A stretch of DNA of 46,839 bases from assembly GCA_045863235.1 (NCBI GenBank), contig BTUM01000064.1:1-46839 (forward strand). Direction: 5' to 3'. The notes beneath the pieces were generated by a model. The model made no database searches. It saw nothing but the letters and a program-made list of their open reading frames with translations, and was not told where the DNA came from. Below, piece by piece: positions 9,783 through 17,134 of this stretch (the stretch's first letter is position 1; every line of letters begins with the position of its first letter). The position numbers and the translations under genes were made by a program. Source of the DNA: Candidatus Xenobia bacterium (lineage in GTDB: Bacteria; Vulcanimicrobiota; Xenobia; Xenobiales; QWHO01).

Positions 9783-10140
9783 GTGTGCACGGAGTTGCCG
9801 GCACATGTGCCTGCATGTCCACGCACATCTCGGGGGTGGAGCCGGTGTGCACGGAGTTGCCGGCGCATGTGCCTGCATGTCCACGCACATCTTGGAGGTG
9901 GAGCCGGTGTGCACGGAGTTGCCGGCACATGTGCCTGCATGTCCGCGCACATTTCTGAGGGGCGAGCCGGTGTGCACGAAGTATGTGCCTAGCGTGTCCG
10001 CGCACATCTCTGGCGGAGCCGGTGTGCACGGAGTTGCCGGCGCATGTGCCTGCACGTCCACGCACATCTCGGGGGCGGAGCCGGTGTGCACGGAGTTGCC
10101 GGCGCATGTGCCTGCATGTCCGCGCACATCTCGGGGGCGG
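9783..10140. repeat. Tandem array of 6 copies of a ~62-bp double-hairpin repeat (array 1)
   Basis: Consensus GAGCCGGTGTGCACGGAGTTGCCGGCGCATGTGCCTGCATGTCCGCGCACATCTCGGGGGCG; units start at ~9783 (truncated), 9839, 9901, 9964 (internally deleted), 10016, 10078. Confidence 0.97.
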
Positions 10141-10143
10141 AAC

Positions 10144-11016
10144 TTACCCGACTGCCTTGTAGCCGGCCGCCCTACCGAGCTTGCTCCAGAAGCGGTCGAG
10201 GAAGTCGGGAGCGAGCAGGTCGTCCTCGGTCAGCTTGACCCGGGGAATCCTGATGGCCTTCTGACGCTTGTCGTCAAGCTTTGAGCAGTGATAAGGGCCG
10301 TCCACCTCGACGTTGAGCCAGACCAGGCGGTCGCTCAGGCGGACGCAGGCCAGAAAGTCCATCCGATAAGGGCCGGCGCTTGTCAGGACACGGACCTGGG
10401 GGAACAGGGCCACCAGAAACGGACCCTCGAGCACCAGGGCGGGCCAGAGCCGGTCGCCGACCACCTCGCCCGAGGGGTCCTCGAGGACAGGAAGGCTTCG
10501 CCAGCCGACTCGGGCCAGGCTCACGTAGCTGATGAGGGCCAGTTCCAGGAGCCTGAGCCAGGAGAGCATCTCCATCCCCGACCCGCAGCAGGCATAGCGC
10601 AAGAGGTCGGTGAGCGCTTTGCGTCCGAGCCGTTCGAGCGCAAGGGTCAAATACCGATTGTAGTGCTCAGGATAGACCTTGCGCGCAGCCCGCAGGCGTA
10701 CCCAGTTGTCGCGCTCGCGGTCTAGCCTGTAGCGGCCAGGTCGGGGGGAGAACCGCCTCCAGAGCGAGGTCATCAGCCACTCCGCCCAGCCTGCTTCAGC
10801 CGCCTGCAGGCACGAGCCACCTCGCAGCTCGAGCGGCGAGATTCCCAGAGCGCCAGCCAGGCGGACCACCTGAACGTCGCGCGGCGGGCGCGTGTTTCGC
10901 TCGAAGTGACTGATCTGGGCGCGGCTGACCCGGGCCCGCAGGGCCAGCTCCTTCTGGGTCCAGCCGCGCCTTCTGCGCTCTTGTCGCGGTCGAATGTGAA
11001 AAGGCATTCTGTCCAT
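10144..11016 (-). CDS. XRE-family HTH fused to a C-terminal DUF559/Vsr-like PD-(D/E)xK endonuclease-like domain
   Basis: RRRRGWTQKELALRARVSRAQISHFERNTRPP (HTH_3 pattern); PQVRV...YRMDFL...VEVDGPYH...DDKRQ (Q..Y..DF..E.DG..H..D..R pattern). Start may be 11007, 11016 or 11049. Confidence 0.75.
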   Translation of the reverse strand: MDRMPFHIRPRQERRRRGWTQKELALRARVSRAQISHFERNTRPPRDVQVVRLAGALGISPLELRGGSCLQAAEAGWAEWLMTSLWRRFSPRPGRYRLDRERDNWVRLRAARKVYPEHYNRYLTLALERLGRKALTDLLRYACCGSGMEMLSWLRLLELALISYVSLARVGWRSLPVLEDPSGEVVGDRLWPALVLEGPFLVALFPQVRVLTSAGPYRMDFLACVRLSDRLVWLNVEVDGPYHCSKLDDKRQKAIRIPRVKLTEDDLLAPDFLDRFWSKLGRAAGYKAVG

Positions 11017-11061
11017 GGCTTCATGATGCCAGCCAGGTATGAACCGCATGTCACCGTTCGG

Positions 11062-11088
11062 TTGCCAGGAGATTGCCCCGAGGTTGCC
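11062..11088. promoter_or_regulatory. Three TTGCC direct repeats at 11-bp spacing between divergent genes
   Basis: TTGCC at 11062, 11073 and 11084. Confidence 0.4.
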
Positions 11089-11099
11089 AAGTTTTGAAC

Positions 11100-12110
11100 G
11101 TGATCGAGATCGAGGGCGACCTGGAGGAGGGTGGGGGCCAGATCCTGCGGACTTCCCTGGCCCTCAGCGCCCACACGGGCAAGCCGTTCCGCATCCGGCG
11201 CATTCGGGCCCGGCGAAGCCCGCCCGGGCTGAAGGCCCAGCATCTGGCCGGGGTGCGGCTGGTGGAGCAGCTCACCCGGGCGGATGTGGAAGGGGCCCGT
11301 CCGGGCTCGACCGCGTTGACTTTCATCCCCACCCGCCAGGCGACGGGATCGCACCGCATCGACGTGGGCACGGCCGGTTCGGTGACGCTGCTGGCCCAGG
11401 CGGCCCTGCTGCCCTCGCTGACCTCGCTCCAGCCGGTCGAGCTCGAGCTCATCGGAGGCACCGACGTGGCCTGGGCGCCCCCGGTGGACTATCTCGCCCG
11501 GGTTCTCCTCCCCTACTACCGCCGCCTGGGTGAGGTGGAGCTGACCCTGGAGCGGCGCGGTTTCCATCCCAAGGGCGGGGGTCGCCTGCGCCTGAAAATC
11601 CAGGGCCAACCTTCCGAGCTGCCCCCGCTCTTGCTTGCAAGGCCCCCGAGCCTGAGCTGGCACGGCAGCTCGGTGGCCAGCCACGACCTGGCTCAACGCC
11701 GGGTGGCCGAGCGCCAGGCCGAGGCGGCCCGCGAGCTGTTGCCGGGCCTGGAGGTGGAATCTTCCTACGACCGCACCGGCTCGACCGGCTCGGTGCTGAC
11801 CCTGTGGGCCGCGGCAGAGAGCGCTCCCTGGCCTCTGCGGGTGGGAGCCGACCAGCTCGGGCGCAAAGGCCTGAGCGCCGAGGAGGTGGGCCGCAAGACC
11901 GCCAGCCTGCTCAAGCAGCGCCTGAGCCGGCCCCAGCCGGTGGAAGAGCACCTGGCCGACAACCTGATCCCCTTCCTGGGGCTCTTCGGCGGGCGCATCG
12001 CATGCCAGCAGGTAACTCCCCACACCAGGGGCAACGCCTACGTCGTGGAGCAGTTCTTGCCGGTTCGCTTCGAGATCTCTGAGCACGAGGTGGCATGCGC
12101 ACCTTCCTGA
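11100..12110 (+). CDS. rtcA: RNA 3'-terminal phosphate cyclase
   Basis: EGGGQILRTSLALS, IRARRSPPGLKAQHL, TAGSVTL, GGTDV..APP.DY, RGFHPKGGG, HLADNL, catalytic-region His in TPHTRGN. Confidence 0.93.
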   Translation: MIEIEGDLEEGGGQILRTSLALSAHTGKPFRIRRIRARRSPPGLKAQHLAGVRLVEQLTRADVEGARPGSTALTFIPTRQATGSHRIDVGTAGSVTLLAQAALLPSLTSLQPVELELIGGTDVAWAPPVDYLARVLLPYYRRLGEVELTLERRGFHPKGGGRLRLKIQGQPSELPPLLLARPPSLSWHGSSVASHDLAQRRVAERQAEAARELLPGLEVESSYDRTGSTGSVLTLWAAAESAPWPLRVGADQLGRKGLSAEEVGRKTASLLKQRLSRPQPVEEHLADNLIPFLGLFGGRIACQQVTPHTRGNAYVVEQFLPVRFEISEHEVACAPS

Positions 12111-12802
12111 CCGCCCGCTGGGTGAATCTGGCCCTGTTTCAATTCCCGGTGCCGGCCGAGGTGCTGGCCCCCCACTTGCCCGCAGGGCTCGAGCTGGATA
12201 CGGCCGATCCGAGCCAGGGCTGGATCAGCCTGGTGGCGTTCGACTTTGACTCCATCCGGCTGCTCGGCGTGGCTATCCCCTTCCACACCCGCTTCCCCGA
12301 GATCAACCTGCGCTTCTACGTGCGCCGGGGCGAGCAGCGCGGGGTCGTGTTCGTCAAAGAGCTGGTGCCCCGCCCGGCGGTGGCCTTCGTGGCTCGCTGG
12401 GTTTACAACGAGCCCTACTACACCGCGCCCATGCGCAGCCGGGTAACCCGCCAGGGGGATCGCGTGCAGTTCTCGCACCGCCTGCGCTATGGCGGCAGAA
12501 AGCACTCCATCCAGGCCACCGGGGCCAACACCCTGTTCACGCCCGGGCCAGACTCTCTGGAGCACCACTTCAAGGAGCACAGCTGGGGCTTTGGCAAGGC
12601 CAGCGACGGCCAGACCCTGGTTTACCGGGTGGATCACCCGATCTGGCGGGTCTACCCGGTGCTGGGCCACCAGCTCGATCTCGACTGGGGACTGCTCTAC
12701 GGAAGCGAGTGGAGCTTCCTCAACGGCCGCGAGCCTGACTCGGTGGTGATGGCCGAGGGCTCGGCCATCGCGGTGTATCCTTGCGGGAGACTGGACGAAT
12801 GA
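12095..12802 (+). CDS. DUF2071 (YqjF-like) protein
   Basis: FLTARW.NL, ISLVAFDF, FPEINLRFYV, RGVVF, Y.VDHP.W. Confidence 0.85.
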   Translation: MRTFLTARWVNLALFQFPVPAEVLAPHLPAGLELDTADPSQGWISLVAFDFDSIRLLGVAIPFHTRFPEINLRFYVRRGEQRGVVFVKELVPRPAVAFVARWVYNEPYYTAPMRSRVTRQGDRVQFSHRLRYGGRKHSIQATGANTLFTPGPDSLEHHFKEHSWGFGKASDGQTLVYRVDHPIWRVYPVLGHQLDLDWGLLYGSEWSFLNGREPDSVVMAEGSAIAVYPCGRLDE

Positions 12803-13227
12803 TCAGCGCTCTGCCCACCGTCAATGCCTCCCTCAACGGACTGGCCGCTCTGCTCTTGCTGGCGGGCTTTGTGGCCATCCGCTCGGGAAACCGGGAGCTG
12901 CACCGCAAGCTGATGCTGGCCGCCTTTGGATGCTCGGTTCTCTTCCTGGTGTGCTACCTGGTCTACCATTCCCAGGTGGGCAGCAAGCGTTTCCCGGGTA
13001 CGGGCAGCATCCGCACGTTCTACCTGGCCCTGCTGGCCAGCCACACGGTGCTGGCCGCCGTGGTGCCCTTCGGGGCCATCCTGGCCCTGCGGCGGGGCCT
13101 GCAGGGAAAATTTGAGCAACACCGCCGGCTGACCCGGTGGGTGTGGCCGGTGTGGATGTATGTCTCGGTGACCGGGGTGGTCATCTACTGGATGCTCTAC
13201 CGGATGAGCTGGGGCACAAGCACGTAA
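12799..13227 (+). CDS. DUF420 membrane protein (CtaM/YozB-like, oxidase-assembly associated)
   Basis: LPTVNASLN, HRKLM, FLVCYLVYH, H..LA, WMYVSVTGVVIY; ATGA overlap with the upstream gene. Confidence 0.88.
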   Translation: MISALPTVNASLNGLAALLLLAGFVAIRSGNRELHRKLMLAAFGCSVLFLVCYLVYHSQVGSKRFPGTGSIRTFYLALLASHTVLAAVVPFGAILALRRGLQGKFEQHRRLTRWVWPVWMYVSVTGVVIYWMLYRMSWGTST

Positions 13228-13242
13228 CGCTCAACACATGAC

Positions 13243-13271
13243 GAAGCCGCGCCCGGGAAGGGCGCGGCTTC
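13243..13271. terminator. Perfect 12-bp hairpin between convergent genes
   Basis: GAAGCCGCGCCC-GGGAA-GGGCGCGGCTTC. Confidence 0.75.
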
Positions 13272-13281
13272 ACAGGAGAGC

Positions 13282-13593
13282 TTAACTCTCGAACCTGGGG
13301 TTGACGGCGCCCACGTAGGCGCCCAGCGCGGTGCAGATGGGCACGGCCAGGATGGCCACGGGGGCCAGGGCGCCCATGGTCAGGATGGACAGGCCAACGC
13401 CCACTGCCGTCGAGGCCAGGAAGCCCACTTTGGCACCGGTCCAGGCGCTCTGCAGGCGGCTGGGCTCTTCTTCCTGAGTCTGGGTGAAGGTCTCACCCTG
13501 GGCCGGGGCCGGAGACTCGGCCTGGTTGCCGGAGGCGCGCTGCACTCCGTTGAAGTTGGCTCCCCCGAAACTCTGGGTCACGTTCACGTTCAT
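13282..13593 (-). CDS. Small protein with a polar N-terminus and a Gly/Ala-rich two-helix hydrophobic C-terminus
   Basis: GAGGAGG SD upstream; TGAKVGFLASTAVGVGLSILTMGALAPVAILAVPICTALGAYVG. Confidence 0.8.
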   Translation of the reverse strand: MNVNVTQSFGGANFNGVQRASGNQAESPAPAQGETFTQTQEEEPSRLQSAWTGAKVGFLASTAVGVGLSILTMGALAPVAILAVPICTALGAYVGAVNPRFES

Positions 13594-13780
13594 AAGCTGG
13601 TCAAGCCTCCTCGATTTCTGGTCGAAGTCAGGCTATCAGCGCGCCCTGACAGATTCCTGAAAAGGACGGCCAGACTCAAGACGGCCACAAGACGAGCGGC
13701 AGGGTAGGCCAGGAAAACCCGCATCCAATGGCCCGCCCAGGAGCCCGCTCCGTCCAGGGATTGGTAGAGCTCGAACGGGC

Positions 13781-13861
13781 TCACCGCTCGCACCCCAGCA
13801 TCTCGAGCAGGGCTCTCCTGAGCCGGCGGGCCAGAACGCGAGCTTTGCGGTAGTAAAGCAT
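13781..13861 (-). CDS. Putative 26-aa small ORF MLYYRKARVLARRLRRALLEMLGCER
   Basis: AGGAGG (13872-13867) 5 nt before the ATG; below the ORF-track length cutoff. Confidence 0.45.
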   Translation of the reverse strand: MLYYRKARVLARRLRRALLEMLGCER

Positions 13862-13961
13862 GCAAACCTCCTGGAACATTATTCACTCTGGCCATTCTGA
13901 CCGGCAAAGCTTGGGAAAGTTCCAGGGTTTGTAAAGGAAAATCAGGGAGACAGGGAGCGAC

Positions 13962-14525
13962 CTACTTGAGCATCTCCTTGACCTTGGCCCCCACCTCGTC
14001 CACCTTCCAGTCGGCTCCCGGCAGGATGGAGTAGACCTTGCCATTGGGGTCGATCAGAGCGGTGCGCAGGTTGTGGTCGATGACGCCCTTGGTGTCGTCC
14101 CAGTAGAGCACCCCGAAGCAGCTGGCCACTTTGTTGATGTCGGTGGGCTTGCCGGTCAAGAAGGTGTAGGTGGACGGGTCGCCCTTCATGCGCGCGGCAT
14201 AGGCCTTGAGCACCTGAGGGGTGTCCTTCTTGGGATCGATGGACACGGCCAGAATCGCGAAGCGCCCCTTGGCGTTGCCCAGGCCCTCGGCCAGCACACC
14301 CAGCTGGCTGAGCTTGTTGGCGATCATCGGGCATTTGTCAGGATAGGGGCAGGTGGTGTAGAGGAAGGTGAGCAACACGGCCTTCCCCCGAAAGCTCTTG
14401 AGGCTGGTGGGCTTGCCGTGCTGATTGGTCAGGGTGAAGTCGGGCACCGTCTGGCCCACCCCGAGGGGGCTCTGGGCATAGGCGACGGTCAAAAGGAGCG
14501 TCAGAAGAAGAAGGCGCTTCAGCAT
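13962..14525 (-). CDS. SCO1/SenC family copper chaperone with signal peptide
   Basis: PDFTLTNQHG, FLYTTCPYPDKCP, SIDPKKDTP, FLTG, DHNLRTALIDPNG; start at MLKRLLLL. Confidence 0.9.
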   Translation of the reverse strand: MLKRLLLLTLLLTVAYAQSPLGVGQTVPDFTLTNQHGKPTSLKSFRGKAVLLTFLYTTCPYPDKCPMIANKLSQLGVLAEGLGNAKGRFAILAVSIDPKKDTPQVLKAYAARMKGDPSTYTFLTGKPTDINKVASCFGVLYWDDTKGVIDHNLRTALIDPNGKVYSILPGADWKVDEVGAKVKEMLK

Positions 14526-14560
14526 CGAGGCAGATTGACGCACGGCGGGTGGGATTCCTG

Positions 14561-15358
14561 CTACTTCCATCGCGGCCCGGCCTCCTTGCGATACCAGGCC
14601 CAGAAGGCCTGGGCGAAGATGCTGAAGGCCACCAGCCCGCCCACGACCTTCATCAGGATCCCGCCTAGCTGCTGGTCCTCCAGCGGGGTCAGGTTGACGA
14701 TGCGGATGGCGTTGGCGTAAGTCGGGTAGTGCACCGAGCCGACGAAGGTGAGGTAGAAGAAGACCGGCGTCTGGGCGATCATCGAGGCCACCGCGTAGAG
14801 CATCTGCTGGCCGTAGTGAATGCGGGGGATCTCCGGCAGGGGGCTCAGGATGGGCCACCAGAAGAGCAGGGAGGTGCCTATGATCAGGGCATGCTCGAGA
14901 AAGTGCACCGAGCGGTCGCGCAGGGTCAGCTCGTAGAGGGCCGGGATGTGCCAGATAAGGAAGACCAGCGTGAACAGGGCCAGCGCCACCACCGGACGGG
15001 TGAAGGTGCGCATGGCCCAGCGCACGGGGGCAAACTCGAGGAACGGGCGCAGCAACCAGGGGGGGAGGCCCCGCATGAAAAGAGGCGGGAAGGTCCACAT
15101 CAAGAGGTTGTGCTGCACCATGTGCAGGCTGAACAGGTAGCGCTCGGCGATGGCGTCGAGGGGGCTGCCCACGGCCAGGTAGAGCACCGCCAGGCTGGCC
15201 ACAAACCAGCCCGCCTGGCGGGACGGGAAAGGCTCGCCGGGCGCCACCTGGTTGCGCAGAGGTCCAACCGCCAGGAAGTAGAGCACGGCCAGGAAGACCA
15301 GGCCCTGCCCCACCTCGGGGCTGGGGGTCCAATCGCTCAGAAGATCGCTCAGGCTCAT
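14561..15358 (-). CDS. ctaG: Cytochrome c oxidase assembly protein, caa3-type CtaG
   Basis: SPLD, LFSLHMVQH, WHIP.LY, HFLEH, DQQLGGILMK. Confidence 0.92.
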   Translation of the reverse strand: MSLSDLLSDWTPSPEVGQGLVFLAVLYFLAVGPLRNQVAPGEPFPSRQAGWFVASLAVLYLAVGSPLDAIAERYLFSLHMVQHNLLMWTFPPLFMRGLPPWLLRPFLEFAPVRWAMRTFTRPVVALALFTLVFLIWHIPALYELTLRDRSVHFLEHALIIGTSLLFWWPILSPLPEIPRIHYGQQMLYAVASMIAQTPVFFYLTFVGSVHYPTYANAIRIVNLTPLEDQQLGGILMKVVGGLVAFSIFAQAFWAWYRKEAGPRWK

Positions 15359-15768
15359 CGGGTCATCAACCAGTCCACCAGCTCATCCAGCTCGGCCTCG
15401 GACAGCTTCCCCTCATAGGCCGGCATGGCTTTCAGCGAGTCGGGCGCCCGCCAGGTGTCGGGACGCAAAATCTTGCGGCGCAGGTAGTCAGGGCCGGCTA
15501 CGCCGCTCAGACGGGTCGAGGCGCGCTGGCCGATGCCATCCAGGCTCAATCCGAGGGTGGCCTGAGAAACGCCGGTCAGGGCGTGGCAATGGTCGCACTG
15601 CTGGGCTCGGAACACCGTCAACCCCGGCGGGTCCACCGGGCCAGGCTCGGGCCGGGGGGCCGAGAGCAGGCGGAAAAGGAGCAGCGGCAGCGCCAGCGCT
15701 GTCGCCAGGCCCAGCAAGAGCCAGGCGGCACGGCGCCGGTCAGTGGGGGCTGGCGGCGGGGGAGCCAC
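15355..15768 (-). CDS. Membrane-anchored class I cytochrome c
   Basis: N-terminal TM, CDHCH, distal Met in AMP. Confidence 0.85.
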   Translation of the reverse strand: MAPPPPAPTDRRRAAWLLLGLATALALPLLLFRLLSAPRPEPGPVDPPGLTVFRAQQCDHCHALTGVSQATLGLSLDGIGQRASTRLSGVAGPDYLRRKILRPDTWRAPDSLKAMPAYEGKLSEAELDELVDWLMTR

Positions 15769-16480
15769 CCGGAGAAGGGGCGGCCTCAGGAGAGCCTGCC
15801 GGCGAGGGAGCCGCCTTGCCTGCGTCCTTCTGGGCCATCAGGAAGGTGACCAGGGCCTTGCGATCGGCGTCCCCGAAACCGAAGTTGGTCATGGAGTTGG
15901 GGTAGCCGTCCACGATGTAAGCGGCCGGGTCCTTGATGGACATGTCGATGTACTGCTCGGCGTTCTGGCCGGGAACGCGCTTCGCGCCCGTTTCCCAGAT
16001 CCCATCCAGCTTGGGACCGATGACGCCCACGGCCGACTTGACTGTGGACAGCTCATGGCAGGTCACGCAGTTGGTCTCGAAGAGCTTCAGGCCCTTCTCG
16101 CCATCAGCGCTCAGCTTTGGCCCGGTGTAGTTCTGAGCCTGAGCCGGACCGCCCGTGGCGGCCTGGTCCTGGCCCACCGGGATGTGTGGAGGGATCACCG
16201 ACAACAGTCCGGCCATCGTTCCGCCGGCCAGCACCATGCCCGAGACGAACAAGAACGTGCAGAGCGGCTGGTCGTAGTAAAGGTGCATGAAGAAGGCCAC
16301 CACCAGCGCGTACTTGGCCACCGCCAGGATCACCAGCACCGCCACGCCCAACGCGCTGTTCTCATTGTGGGCGATCAGATAGGGCACGATGATCTCGGCG
16401 ACCGTGATCAGACTGAGCGTGACGATGATCTGGGCATACAGCTTGAGGGAGGCGTGCCCTTTGTCTTTTTTTCCAGCCAT
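15740..16480 (-). CDS. Cytochrome c oxidase subunit IV fused to a cytochrome c domain
   Basis: Three TMs with K..LVVAFFMHL (subunit IV pattern), then CVTCH...GPKLDG...PNSM. Confidence 0.85.
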   Translation of the reverse strand: MAGKKDKGHASLKLYAQIIVTLSLITVAEIIVPYLIAHNENSALGVAVLVILAVAKYALVVAFFMHLYYDQPLCTFLFVSGMVLAGGTMAGLLSVIPPHIPVGQDQAATGGPAQAQNYTGPKLSADGEKGLKLFETNCVTCHELSTVKSAVGVIGPKLDGIWETGAKRVPGQNAEQYIDMSIKDPAAYIVDGYPNSMTNFGFGDADRKALVTFLMAQKDAGKAAPSPAGSPEAAPSPGGSPAASPH

Positions 16481-16495
16481 GTCTGTCTGCCTTCC

Positions 16496-17134
16496 TCAGT
16501 GGATGATGGTGGGGTTGCCACCAGGGGTGATGATGTATTCGAGCAGGTAGACGCCACCAAAAATCACAATCCAGACGATGTCGACGAAGTGCCAGTAAAG
16601 ACCGGCGATCTCGACATCGAGCTGGCGCTTTTGCGACATGCCGCCTTTGAAGCTGAGAATGCACAGGGCCATCAGCCAGAGCACCCCGATGGCCACGTGG
16701 CATCCGTGAGTGCCGGTCAGGACGTAGAAGGTCGAGCCAAACAAGTTGGTGGTCAAGCCCAGCCCGCCGTGCTTGTAGAAGTGCGAGAACTCGTAAATCT
16801 GGAAGCCCAGGAAGATGCTTCCGAAGAAGGCCGTTCCCGCCGTCCAGAGCCGGAACTTGCCCATGTCGCCCCGCTGGATGGCCGCCAGGGCCAGCACCAT
16901 CAGGTAGCTCGAGGCCAGCAGCACGAAGGAGCTGGTCGAGGTCAGGGGGATGTCGAAGATGTCCTCCGGCTGGGGCGTCCCCGCCGGGCTGCGACCGCGA
17001 TAGATGAAGTAGGTCGAGATCAGGCATCCGAAAAACATGCAATCGGAGGCCAGGAAGGCCCACATCAGCACCTTCCGGTGAGGAAGGCCGGTGCAGCCCA
17101 TTTCGTGGGGATTGTCTAAGACCACTTGGCTCAT
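16496..17134 (-). CDS. ctaE: Cytochrome c oxidase subunit III (short form)
   Basis: WAFLASDCMFF, LTGTHGCHV, LYWHFVDIVW. Confidence 0.95.
   Translation of the reverse strand: MSQVVLDNPHEMGCTGLPHRKVLMWAFLASDCMFFGCLISTYFIYRGRSPAGTPQPEDIFDIPLTSTSSFVLLASSYLMVLALAAIQRGDMGKFRLWTAGTAFFGSIFLGFQIYEFSHFYKHGGLGLTTNLFGSTFYVLTGTHGCHVAIGVLWLMALCILSFKGGMSQKRQLDVEIAGLYWHFVDIVWIVIFGGVYLLEYIITPGGNPTIIH

Noticed and set aside
9783..10140. CRISPR or TIGR-type guide array
   Set aside because: No unique spacers: variable parts are short, mutually similar loops and linkers. No cas or Nop-domain gene was recognised in the window.
9745..10238. Cys/His-rich ORFs and N-terminal extensions through array 1
   Set aside because: Products of the repeat itself; unit length is not a constant multiple of 3, and a good promoter sits directly before ATG 9744.
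13590..13907. 105-aa ORF in the track
   Set aside because: No SD or motif; it overlaps a better-supported small ORF and regulatory hairpins.
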